Origin: Ptychomitrium polyphyllum
Lineage: Eukaryota
DNA length: 64,000 bases
Assembly (NCBI GenBank): GCA_973851085.1
Contig: OZ316775.1
Location: forward strand, 1,054,001 to 1,118,000
Reading direction: 5' to 3'
Part shown: positions 25,186-38,950 of the stretch, piece by piece
How the letters are laid out: each line of letters starts with the position of its first letter
Position numbering within the stretch: position 1 is the first letter of the stretch
The notes under the pieces: generated by a model
What the model saw: the letters and a program-made list of their open reading frames with translations, nothing else
Databases searched by the model: none
What the model was told of the DNA's origin: nothing
Made by a program: the position numbers and the translations under genes

Positions 25186-28100
25186 CTTGCAACAACTTCC
25201 ACATCAAAACTGAGATTTGAAGGCCCTTACAGAATTGAGTCTATCAGGGTGCTCATCCCTGCAGCAACTTCCACACCAAATTGGAGAATTGAAGGCCCTT
25301 ATGCACTTGTATCTATCAGGGTGTTCATCCTTGCAGCAACTTCCACATCAAAATTGACAATTGAAGGGCCTTACAGAATTGGAACTATCAGGGTGCTCAT
25401 CCCTCCAGCAACTTCCACACCAAATTGGAGAATTGAAGGGCCTTATGCACTTGCATCTATCAGGGTGTTCATCCTTCCAGCAACATCCACACCAAATTTG
25501 AGAATTGAAGGGCCTTACAGAATTGGATCTATCAGGGTGATCATCCTTGCAGCAACTTCCACACCAAATTGAAGAATTGAAGGCCCTTATGCACTTGCAT
25601 CTATCAGGGTGTTCATCCTTGCAGCAACTTCCACATCAAAATTGACAATTGAAGGGCCTTACAGAATTGGATCTATCAGGGTGCTCATCCCTCCAGCAAC
25701 TTCCACACCAAATTGGAGAATTGAAGGGCCTTATGCACTTGCATCTATCAGGGTGTTCATCCTTCCAGCAACATCGACACCAAATTTGAGAATTGAAGGG
25801 CCTTACAGAATTGGATCTATCAGGGTGATCATCCTTGCAGCAACTTCCACACCAAATTGAAGAACTGTAGAGCCTTATGCACTTGCATCTATCAGGGTGT
25901 TCATGCTTCTAGCAACTTCCACATCAAAATTGACAATTGAAGGGCCTTACAGATTTGGATCTATCAGACTGATCATCCTTGCAGCAACTTCCACATGAAA
26001 TTGGAGAATTGAAGGCCCTTACAGAATTGGATTTAAATGGAAGTTCATCCTTGCAGCAACTTCCACACCAAATTGAAGAATTGAAGGGCCTTATGCACTT
26101 GCATCTATCAGGGTGTTCATCCTTGCAACAACTTCCACATCAAAACTGAGAATTGAAGGCCCTTACAGAATTGGATCTATCAGGGTGCTCATCCCTGCAG
26201 CAACTTCCACACCAAATTGGAAAATTCAAGGCCCTTATGCACTTGCATCTATCAGGGTGTTCATCCTTGCAGCAACTTCCACATCAAAATTGACAATTGA
26301 AGGGCCTTACAGAATTGGATCTATCAGGGTGCTCATCCCTCCAGCAACTTCCACACCAAATTGGAGAATTGAAGGGCCTTATGCACTTGCATCTATCAGG
26401 GTGTTCATCCTTGCAGCAACTTCCACATCAAAATTGACAATTGAAGGCCCTTACAGAATTGGATCTATCAGGGTGCTCATCCCTCCAGCAACTTCCACAG
26501 CAAATTGGAGAACTGAAGGGCCTTATGCACTTGCATCTATCAGGGTGTTCATCTTTGCGACGAAATCCACACCAAATTGGAGAACTGTAGAGCCTTATGC
26601 ACTTGTTTCTATCAGGGTGTTCATGCTTGTAGCAACTTCCACATCAAAATTGACAATTGAAGGGCCTTACAGAATTGGATCTATCAGACTGATCATCCTT
26701 GCAGCAACTTCCACATGAAATTGGAGAATTGAAGGCCCTTACAGAATTGGATTTAAATGGGTGTTCATCCTTGCAGCAACTTCCACATCAAAATTGACAC
26801 TTGAAGGGCCTTACAGAATTGGATCTATCAGGGTGCTCATCCCTACAGCAACTTCCACACCAAATTGGAGAATTGAAGGGCCTTATGCACTTGCATCTAT
26901 CAGGGTGTTCATCCTTGCAGCAACTTCCACATCAAAACTGACAATTGAAGGGCCTTACAGAATTGGATCTATCAGGGTGCTCATCCCCACAGCAACTTCC
27001 ACACCAAATTGGAGAATTGAAGGGCCTTATGCACTTGCATCTATCAGGGTGTTCATCCTTGCAGCAACTTCCACATCAAAATTGACAATTGAAGGGCCTT
27101 ACAGAATTGGATCTATCAGGGTGCTCATCCCCACAGCAACTTCCACACCAAATTGGAGAATTGAAGGGCCTTATGCACTTGCATCTATCAGGGTGTTCAT
27201 CCTTGCAGCAACTTCCACATCAAAATTGACACTTGAAGGGCCTTACAGAATTGGATCTATCAGGGTGCTCATCCCTACAGCAACTTCCACACCAAATTGG
27301 AGAATTGAAGGGCCTTATGCACTTGCATCAATTACGGTAATCATCCCTGTAGCAACATCCACACCAAATTGGAGAATTGAAGGGCCTTATGCATTTGCAT
27401 CTATCAGGGTGTTCATCCTTGCAGCAACTTCCACATCAAAATTGACAATTGAAGGGCCTTACAGAATTGGATCTATCAGGGTGTTCATCCTTGCAGCAAC
27501 TTCCACATCAAAATTGACAATTGAAGATCCTTACAGAATTGGATCTATCAGGGTGCTCATCCCTACAGCAACTTCCACACCAAATTGGAGAATTGAAGGG
27601 CCTTATGCACTTGCATCTATCAGGGTGTTCATCCTTCCAGCAACATCCACACCAAATTGGAGAATTGAAGGCCCTTACAGAATTGGATCTATCAGGGTGC
27701 TCATCCCTCCAGCAACTTCCACACCAAATTGGAGAATTCAAGGCCCTTATGCACTTGCATCTATGAGGGTGTTCATCCTTGCAGCAACTTCCACATCAAA
27801 ACTGACAATTGAAGGGCCTTACAGAATTGGATCTATCAGGGTGCTCATCCCCACAGCAACTTCCACACCAAATTGGAGAATTGAAGGGCCTTATGCACTT
27901 GCATCTATCATGGTGTTCATCCTTGCAGCAACTTCCACATCAAAATTGACAACTGAAGGGCCTTACAAAATTGGATCTATCAGGGTGCTCATCCCTGCAG
28001 CAACATCTACACCAAATTAAAGAAATGAAGGGCCTTATGCACTTGCATCTATCAGGGTGTTCATCCTTGTAGCAACTTCCACATCAAATTGCAGAATTGA

Positions 28101-30184
28101 AGGCCCTTACAGAATTGGATCTATCAGGGTGCTCATCCCTCCAGCAACTTCCACAGCAAATTGGAGAATTGAAGGGCCTTATGTACTTGCATCTATTAGG
28201 GTGTTCATCCTTGCAGCAACTTCCACATCAGAATTGACAATTGAAGGGCCTTACAGAATTGGATCTATCAGGGTGCTCATCCCTACAGCAACTTCCACAC
28301 CAAATTGGAGAATTGAAGGGCCTTATGCACTTGCATCTATCAGGGTGTTCATCCTTCCAGCAACATCCACACCAAATTGGAGAATTGAAGGCCCTTACAG
28401 AATTGGATCTATCAGGGTGCTCATCCCTCCAGCAACTTCCACACCAAATTGGAGAATTCAAGGCCCTTATGCACTTGCATCTATGAGGGTGTTCATCCTT
28501 GCAGCAACTTCCACATCAAAACTGACAATTGAAGGGCCTTACAGAATTGGATCTATCAGGGTGCTCATCCCCACAGCAACTTCCACACCAAATTGGAGAA
28601 TTAAAGGGCCTTATGCACTTGCATCTATCAGGGTGTTCATCCTTGCAGCAACTTCCACATCAAAATTGACAATTGAAGGGCCTTACAGAATTGGATCTAT
28701 CAGGGTGCTCATCCCTACAGCAACTTCCACACCAAATTGGAGAATTGAAGGGCCTTATGCACTTGCATCTATCATGGTGTTCATCCTTGCAGCAACTTCC
28801 ACATCAAAATTGACAACTGAAAGGCCTTACAGAATTGGATCTATCAGGGTGCTCATCCCTGCAGCAACATCTACACCAAATTAAAGAAATGAAGGGCCTT
28901 ATGCACTTGCATCTATCAGGGTGTTCATCCTTGCAGCAACTTCCACATCAAAACTGACAATTGAAGGGCCTTACAGAATTGGATCTATCAGGGTGCTCAT
29001 CCCCACAGCAACTTCCACACCAAATTGGAGAATTGAAGGGCCTTATGCACTTGCATCTATCATGGTGTTCATCCTTGCAGCAACTTCCACATCAAATTGC
29101 AGAATTGAAGGCCCTTACAGAATTGGATCTATCAGGGTGCTCATCCCTCCAGCAACTTCCACAGCAAATTGGAGAATTGAAGGGCCTTATGTACTTGCAT
29201 CTATTAGGGTGTTCATCCTTGCAGCAACTTCCACATCAGAATTGACAATTGAAGGGCCTTACAGAATTGGATCTATCAGGGTGCTCATCCCTACAGCAAC
29301 TTCCACACCAAATTGGAGAATTGAAGGGCCTTATGCACTTGCATCTATCAGGGTGTTCATCCTTCCAGCAACATCCACACCAAATTGGAGAATTGAAGGC
29401 CCTTACAGAATTGGATCTATCAGGGTGATCATCCTTGCAGCAACTTCCACACCAAATTGGAGAATTGAAGGGCCTTATGCACTTGCATCTATCATGGTGT
29501 TCATCCTTGCAGCAACTTCCACATCAAAATTGACAACTGAAAGGCCTTACAGAATTGGATCTATCAGGGTGCTCATCCCTGCAGCAACTTCCACATCAAA
29601 ACTGACAATTGAAGGGCCTTACAGAATTGGATCTATCAGGGTGCTCATCCCTACAGCAACTTCCACACCAAATTGGAGAATTGAAGGGCCTTATGCACTT
29701 GCATCTATCAGGGTGTTCATCCTTGCAGCAACTTCCACATCAAAACTGACAATTGAAGGGCCTTACAGAATTGGATCTATCAGGGTGCTCATCCCTACAG
29801 CAACTTCCACACCAAATTGGAGAATTGAAGGGCCTTATGCACTTGCATCTATCAGGGTGTTCATCCTTGCAGCAACTTCCACATCAAAATTGACAATTGA
29901 AGGGCCTTACAGAATTGGATCTATCAGGGTGCTCATCCCTACAGCAACTTCCACACCAAATTGGAGAATTGAAGGGCCTTATGCACTTGCATCTATCATG
30001 GTGTTCATCCTTGCAGCAACTTCCACATCAAAATTGACAACTGAAAGGCCTTACAGAATTGGATCTATCAGGGTGCTCATCCCTGCAGCAACATCTACAC
30101 CAAATTAAAGAAATGAAGGGCCTTATGCACTTGCATCTATCAGGGTGTTCATCCTTGCAGCAACTTCCACATCAAAACTGACAT

Positions 30185-33100
30185 TTGAAGGGCCTTACAG
30201 AATTGGATCTATCAGGGTGCTCATCCCTACAGCAACTTCCACACCAAATTGGAGAATTGAAGGGCCTTATGCACTTGCATCTATCATGGTGTTCATCCTT
30301 GCAGCAACTTCCACATCAAATTGCAGAATTGAAGGCCCTTACAGAATTGGATCTATCAGGGTGCTCATCCCTCCAGCAACTTCCACAGCAAATTGGAGAA
30401 TTGAAGGGCCTTATGTACTTGCATCTATTAGGGTGTTCATCCTTGCAGCAACTTCCACATCAGAATTGACAATTGAAGGGCCTTACAGAATTGGATCTAT
30501 CAGGGTGCTCATCCCTACAGCAACTTCCACACCAAATTGGAGAATTGAAGGGCCTTATGCACTTGCATCTATCAGGGTGTTCATCCTTCCAGCAACATCC
30601 ACACCAAATTGGAGAATTGAAGGCCCTTACAGAATTGGATCTATCAGGGTGATCATCCTTGCAGCAACTTCGACACCAAATTGGAGAATTGAAGGGCCTT
30701 ATGCACTTGCATCTATCATGGTGTTCATCCTTGCAGCAACTTCCACATCAAAATTGACAACTGAAAGGCCTTACAGAATTGGATCTATCAGGGTGCTCAT
30801 CCCTGCAGCAACATCTACACCAAATTAAAGAAATGAAGGGCCTTACAGAATTGGATCTATCAGGGTGTTCATCCTTGCAGCAACTTCCACATCAAAACTG
30901 ACAATTGAAGGGCCTTACAGAATTGGATCTATCAGGGTGATCATATTTGCAGCAACTTCCACACCAAATTGGAGAATTCAAGGCCCTTATGCACTTGCAT
31001 CTATGAGGGTGTTCATCCTTGCAGCAACTTCCACATCAAAACTGACAATTGAAGGGCCTTACAGAATTGGATCTATCAGGGTGCTCATCCCTACAGCAAC
31101 TTCCACACCAAATTGGAGAATTCAAGGCCCTTATGCACTTGCATCTATCAGGGTGTTCATCCTTGCAACAACTTCCACATCAAAACTGAGAATTGAAGGC
31201 CCTTACAGAATTGAATCTATCAGGGTGCTCATCTCTGCAGCAACTTCCACACCAAATTGGAGAATTCAAGGCCCTTATGCACTTGCATCTATCAGGGTGT
31301 TCATCCTTGCAACAACTTCCACATCAAAACTGAGATTTGAAGGCCCTTACAGAATTGAGTCTATCAGGGTGCTCATCCCTGCAGCAACTTCCACACCAAA
31401 TTGGAGAATTGAAGGCCCTTATGCACTTGCATCTATCAGGGTGTTCATCCTTGCAGCAACTTCCACATCAAAATTGACAATTGAAGGGCCTTACAGAATT
31501 GGATCTATCAGGGTGCTCATCCCTCCAGCAACTTCCACACCAAATTGGAGAATTGAAGGGCCTTATGCACTTGCATCTATCAGGGTGTTCATCCTTGCAG
31601 CAACTTCCACATCAAAATTGACAATTGAAGGCCCTTACAGAATTGGATCTATCAGGGTGCTCATCCCTCCAGCAACTTCCACAGCAAATTGGAGAACTGA
31701 AGGGCCTTATGCACTTGCATCTATCAGGGTGTTCATCCTTGCGACAAAATCCACACCAAATTGGAGAACTGTAGAGCCTTATGCACTTGCATCTATCAGG
31801 GTGTTCTTCCTTGCAGCAACTTCCACATCAAAATTGACACTTGAAGGGCCTTACAGAATTGGATCTATCAGGGTGCTCATCCCTACAGCAACTTCCACAC
31901 CAAATTGGAGAATTGAAGGGCCTTATGCACTTGCATCAATTACGGTAATCATCCCTGTAGCAACATCCACACCAAATTGGAGAATTGAAGGGCCTTATGC
32001 ACTTGCATCTATCAGGGTGTTCATCCTTGCAGCAACTTCCACATCAAAACTGACAATTGAAGGGCCTTACACAATTGGATCTATCAGGGTGCTCATCCCT
32101 GCACCAACTTCCACACCAAAATGGAGAATTGAAGGGCCTTATGCACTTGCATCTATCATGGTGTTCATCCTTGCAGCAACTTCCACACCAAATTGGAGAA
32201 TTGAAGGGCCTTATGCACTTGCATCTATCAGGGTGTTCATCCTTCCAGCAACATCCACACCAAATTGGAGAATTGAAGGCCCTTACAGAATTGGATCTAT
32301 CAGGGTGCTCATCCCTCCAGCAACTTCCACACCAAATTGGAGAATTCAAGGCCCTTATGCACTTGCATCTATGAGGGTGTTCATCCTTGCAGCAACTTCC
32401 ACATCAAAACTGACAATTGAAGGGCCTTACAGAATTGGATCTATCAGGGTGCTCATCCCCACAGCAACTTCCACACCAAATTGGAGAATTGAAGGGCCTT
32501 ATGCACTTGCATCTATCATGGTGTTCATCCTTGCAGCAACTTCCACATCAAAACTGACAATTGAAGGGCCTTACAGAATTGGATCTATCAGGGTGCTCAT
32601 CCCCACAGCAACTTCCACACCAAATTGGAGAATTGAAGGGCCTTATGCACTTGCATCTATCAGGGTGTTCTTCCTTGCAGCAACTTCCACATCAAAATTG
32701 ACACTTGAAGGGCCTTACAGAATTGGATCTATCAGGGTGCTCATCCCTACAGCAACTTCCACACCAAATTGGAGAATTGAAGGGCCTTATGCACTTGCAT
32801 CAATTACGGTAATCATCCCTGTAGCAACATCCACACCAAATTGGAGAATTGAAGGGCCTTATGCACTTGCATCTATCAGGGTGTTCATCCTTGCAGCAAC
32901 TTCCACATCAAAATTGACAATTGAAGGGCCTTACAGAACTGGATCTATCAGGGTGTTCATCCTTGCAGCAACTTCCACATCAAAATTGACAATTGAAGGG
33001 CCTTACAGAATTGGATCTATCAGGGTGCTCATCCCTACAGCAACTTCCACACCAAATTGGAGAATTGAAGGGCCTTATGCACTTGCATCTATCATGGTGT

Positions 33101-35800
33101 TCATCCTTGCAGCAACTTCCACATCAAATTGCAGAATTGAAGGCCCTTACAGAATTGGATCTATCAGGGTGCTCATCCCTCCAGCAACTTCCACACCAAA
33201 TTGGAGAATTCAAGGCCCTTATGTACTTGCATCTATTAGGGTGTTCATCCTTGCAGCAACTTCCACATCAGAATTGACAATTGAAGGGCCTTACAGAATT
33301 GGATCTATCAGGGTGCTCATCCCTACAGCAACTTCCACACCAAATTGGAGAATTGAAGGGCCTTATGCACTTGCATCTATCAGGGTGTTCATCCTTCCAG
33401 CAACATCCACACCAAATTGGAGAATTGAAGGCCCTTACAGAATTGGATCTATCAGGGTGATCATCCTTGCAGCAACTTCGACACCAAATTGGAGAATTGA
33501 AGGGCCTTATGCACTTGCATCTATCATGGTGTTCATCCTTGCAGCAACTTCCACATCAAAATTGACAACTGAAAGGCCTTACAGAATTGGATCTATCAGG
33601 GTGCTCATCCCTGCAGCAACATCTACACCAAATTAAAGAAATGAAGGGCCTTACAGAATTGGATCTATCAGGGTGTTCATCCTTGCAGCAACTTCCACAT
33701 CAAAACTGACAATTGAAGGGCCTTACAGAATTGGATCTATCAGGGTGATCATATTTGCAGCAACTTCCACACCAAATTGGAGAATTCAAGGCCCTTATGC
33801 ACTTGCATCTATGAGGGTGTTCATCCTTGCAGCAACTTCCACATCAAAACTGACAATTGAAGGGCCTTACAGAATTGGATCTATCAGGGTGCTCATCCCT
33901 ACAGCAACTTCCACACCAAATTGGAGAATTCAAGGCCCTTATGCACTTGCATCTATCAGGGTGTTCATCCTTGCAACAACTTCCACATCAAAACTGAGAA
34001 TTGAAGGCCCTTACAGAATTGAATCTATCAGGGTGCTCATCTCTGCAGCAACTTCCACACCAAATTGGAGAATTCAAGGCCCTTATGCACTTGCATCTAT
34101 CAGGGTGTTCATCCTTGCAACAACTTCCACATCAAAACTGAGATTTGAAGGCCCTTACAGAATTGAGTCTATCAGGGTGCTCATCCCTGCAGCAACTTCC
34201 ACACCAAATTGGAGAATTGAAGGCCCTTATGCACTTGCATCTATCAGGGTGTTCATCCTTGCAGCAACTTCCACATCAAAATTGACAATTGAAGGGCCTT
34301 ACAGAATTGGATCTATCAGGGTGCTCATCCCTCCAGCAACTTCCACACCAAATTGGAGAATTGAAGGGCCTTATGCACTTGCATCTATCAGGGTGTTCAT
34401 CCTTGCAGCAACTTCCACATCAAAATTGACAATTGAAGGCCCTTACAGAATTGGATCTATCAGGGTGCTCATCCCTCCAGCAACTTCCACAGCAAATTGG
34501 AGAACTGAAGGGCCTTATGCACTTGCATCTATCAGGGTGTTCATCCTTGCGACAAAATCCACACCAAATTGGAGAACTGTAGAGCCTTATGCACTTGCAT
34601 CTATCAGGGTGTTCTTCCTTGCAGCAACTTCCACATCAAAATTGACACTTGAAGGGCCTTACAGAATTGGATCTATCAGGGTGCTCATCCCTACAGCAAC
34701 TTCCACACCAAATTGGAGAATTGAAGGGCCTTATGCACTTGCATCAATTACGGTAATCATCCCTGTAGCAACATCCACACCAAATTGGAGAATTGAAGGG
34801 CCTTATGCACTTGCATCTATCAGGGTGTTCATCCTTGCAGCAACTTCCACATCAAAACTGACAATTGAAGGGCCTTACAGAATTGGATCTATCAGGGTGC
34901 TCATCCCTGCAGCAACTTCCACACCAAATTGGAGAATTCAAGGCCCTTATGCTCTTGCATCTATCAGGGTGCTCATCCCTGCAGCAACTTCCACACCAAA
35001 TTGAAGAATTGAAGGGCCTTATGCACTTGCATCTATCAGGGTGTTCATCCTTCCAGCAACATCCACACCAAATTGGAGAATTGAAGGCCCTTACAGAATT
35101 GGATCTATCAGGGTGCTCATCCCTCCAGCAACTTCCACACCAAATTGGAGAATTCAAGGCCCTTATGCACTTGCATCTATGAGGGTGTTCATCCTTGCAG
35201 CAACTTCCACATCAAAACTGACAATTGAAGGGCCTTACAGAATTGGATCTATCAGGGTGCTCATCCCCACAGCAACTTCCACACCAAATTGGAGAATTGA
35301 AGGGCCTTATGCACTTGCATCTATCATGGTGTTCATCCTTGCAGCAACTTCCACATCAAAACTGACAATTGAAGGGCCTTACAGAATTGGATCTATCAGG
35401 GTGCTCATCCCCACAGCAACTTCCACACCAAATTGGAGAATTGAAGGGCCTTATGCACTTGCATCTATCAGGGTGTTCTTCCTTGCAGCAACTTCCACAT
35501 CAAAATTGACACTTGAAGGGCCTTACAGAATTGGATCTATCAGGGTGCTCATCCCTACAGCAACTTCCACACCAAATTGGAGAATTGAAGGGCCTTATGC
35601 ACTTGCATCAATTACGGTAATCATCCCTGTAGCAACATCCACACCAAATTGGAGAATTGAAGGGCCTTATGCACTTGCATCTATCAGGGTGTTCATCCTT
35701 GCAGCAACTTCCACATCAAAATTGACAATTGAAGGGCCTTACAGAACTGGATCTATCAGGGTGTTCATCCTTGCAGCAACTTCCACATCAAAATTGACAA
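30185..35800 (+). repeat. Higher-order tandem duplication of 2808 bp (39 units) in the array core
   Basis: Near-identical ORF pairs offset by exactly 2808: 30185/32993, 30865/33673, 32044/34852. Confidence 0.85.
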
Positions 35801-36939
35801 TTGAAGGGCCTTACAGAATTGGATCTATCAGGGTGCTCATCCCTACAGCAACTTCCACACCAAATTGGAGAATTGAAGGGCCTTATGCACTTGCATCTAT
35901 CAGGGTGTTCATCCTTCCAGCAACATCCACACCAAATTGGAGAATTGAAGGCCCTTACAGAATTGGATCTATCAGGGTGCTCATCCCTCCAGCAACTTCC
36001 ACACCAAATTGGAGAATTCAAGGCCCTTATGCACTTGCATCTATGAGGGTGTTCATCCTTGCAGCAACTTCCACATCAAAACTGACAATTGAAGGGCCTT
36101 ACAGAATTGGATCTATCAGGGTGCTCATCCCCACAGCAACTTCCACACCAAATTGGAGAATTGAAGGGCCTTATGCACTTGCATCTATCATGGTGTTCAT
36201 CCTTGCAGCAACTTCCACATCAAAATTGACAACTGAAGGGCCTTACAGAATTGGATCTATCAGGGTGCTCATCCCTGCAGCAACATCTACACCAAATTAA
36301 AGAAATGAAGGGCCTTATGCACTTGCATCTATCAGGGTGTTCATCCTTGTAGCAACTCCGACATCAAATTGGAGAATTGAAGGCCCTTACAGAATTGAAT
36401 CTAAATGGGTGTTCATCCTTGCAGCAACATCCACACCAAATTGGAGAATTGAAGGGCCTTATGCACTTGCATCTATCATGGTGTTCATCCTTGTAGCAAC
36501 TTCCACATCAAATTGGAGAATTAAAGGCCCTTACAGAATTGAATCTAAATGGATGTTCATCCTTGCAGCAACATCCACACCAAATTGGAGAATTGAAGGG
36601 CCTTATGCACTTGCATCTATGAGGGTGTTCATCCTTGCAGCAACTTCCACACCAAATTGGAGAATTGAAGGGCCTTTTGCACTTGCAGCTATCAGGGTGT
36701 TCATGCTTGGAGCAACATCCACACCAAATTGGAGAACTGAAGGGCTTTATCAAGTGCATCTATCAGGGTGTTCATCCTTGCAGCAACTTCCACATCAAAT
36801 TGGAGAATTCAAGGGCCTTACAGAATTGGATCTATCAGGGTGCTCATCCCTGCAGCAACTTCCACACCAAATTGGAGAATTGAAGGACCTTATGCACTTG
36901 CATCTATCAGGGTGATCATCCTTGGAGCAACATCCACAC

Positions 36940-38950
36940 CAAATTGGAGAATTGAAGGGCTTTATCAATTGCATCTATCAGGGTGTTCATCCTTGCAGCA
37001 ACTTCCACATCAAATTGGAGAATTCAACGCCCTTACAGAATTGAATCCAAATGGGTGTTCATCCTTGCAGCAACATCCACACCAAATTGGAGAATTGAAG
37101 GGCCTTATGCACTTGCATCTATCAGGGTGTTCATCCTTGCAGCAACTTCCACACCAAATTGGAGAATTGAAGGGCCTTAAGCACTTGCAGCTATCAGGGT
37201 GTTCATCCTTCGAGCAACTTCCACATCAAAATTGACAATTGAAGGGCCTTACAGAATTGGATCTATCAGGGTGCTCATCCCTGCAGCAACATCCACACCA
37301 AATTGGAGAATTGAAGGGCCTTATGCACTTGCATCTAACAGGGTGTTCATCCTTGTAGCAACTTCCACATCAAATTGGAGAATTGAAGGCCCTTACAGAA
37401 TTGAATCTAAATGGGTGTTCATCCTTGCAGCAACATCCACACCAAATTGAAGAATTGAAGGGCCTTATGCACTTGCATCTATGAGGGTGTTCATCCTTGC
37501 AGCAACTTCCACACCAAATTGGAGAATTGAAGGGCCTTATGCACTTGCATCTATCAGAGTGTTCATCCTTCTAGAAACTTCCTCATCAAAATTGACAATT
37601 GAAGGGCCTTCCAGAATTGGATCTATCAGGGTGCTCATCCCTACAGCAACATCCACACCAAATTGGAGAACTGAAGGGCTTTATCAATTGCATCTATCAG
37701 GGTGTTCATCCTTGCAGCAACTTCCACAACAAATTGGAGAATTGAAGGACCTTATGCACTTTCATCTATTAGGGTGTTCATCCTTGCAGCAACTTCCACA
37801 TCAAATTGGAGAATTGAAGGCCCTTACAGAATTGAATCTTAATGGGTGTTCATCCTAGCAGCAACATCCACACCAAATTGGAGAAATGAATGGCCTTATG
37901 CACTTGCATCTATCAGGGTGATCATCCTTGGAGCAACATCCACACCAAATTGGAGAATTGAAGGGCTTTATCAATTGCATCTATCAGGGTGTTCATCCTT
38001 GCAGCAACTTCCACATCAAATTGGAGAATTCAACGCCCTTACAGAATTGAATCCAAATGGGTGTTCATCCTTGCAGCAACATCCACACTAAATTGGAGAA
38101 TTGAAGGGCCTTATGCACTTGCATCTATCAGGGTGTTCATCCTTGCAGCAACTTCCACACCAAATTGGAGAATTGAAGGGCCTTAAGCACTTGCAGCTAT
38201 CAGGGTGTTCATCCTTCGAGCAACTTCCACATCAAAATTGACAATTGAAGGGCCTTACAGAATTGGATCTATCAGGGTGCTCATCCCTGCAGCAACATCC
38301 ACACCAAATTGGAGAATTGAAGGGCCTTATGCACTTGCATCTAACAGGGTGTTCATCCTTGTAGCAACTTCCACATCAAATTGGAGAATTGAAGGCCCTT
38401 ACAGAATTGAATCTAAATGGGTGTTCATCCTTGCAGCAACATCCACACCAAATTGAAGAATTGAAGGGCCTTATGCACTTGCATCTATGAGGGTGTTCAT
38501 CCTTGCAGCAACTTCCACACCAAATTGGAGAATTGAAGGGCCTTATGCACTTGCATCTATCAGAGTGTTCATCCTTCTAGAAACTTCCTCATCAAAATTG
38601 ACAATTGAAGGGCCTTCCAGAATTGGATCTATCAGGGTGCTCATCCCTACAGCAACATCCACACCAAATTGGAGAACTGAAGGGCTTTATCAATTGCATC
38701 TATCAGGGTGTTCATCCTTGCAGCAACTTCCACAACAAATTGGAGAATTGAAGGACCTTATGCACTTTCATCTATTAGGGTGTTCATCCTTGCAGCAACT
38801 TCCACATCAAATTGGAGAATTGAAGGCCCTTACAGAATTGAATCTTAATGGGTGTTCATCCTAGCAGCAACATCCACACCAAATTGGAGAAATGAATGGC
38901 CTTATGCACTTGCATCTATCAGATTGATCATCCTTGGAGCAACATCCACA
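36940..38950 (+). repeat. Higher-order tandem duplication of 1006 bp (14 units minus 2 nt)
   Basis: ORF pairs 36983/37989, 37199/38205 and 37481/38487 are offset by 1006. The block includes 71-bp units (GGGCTTTATCAATTGCAT). Confidence 0.8.
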
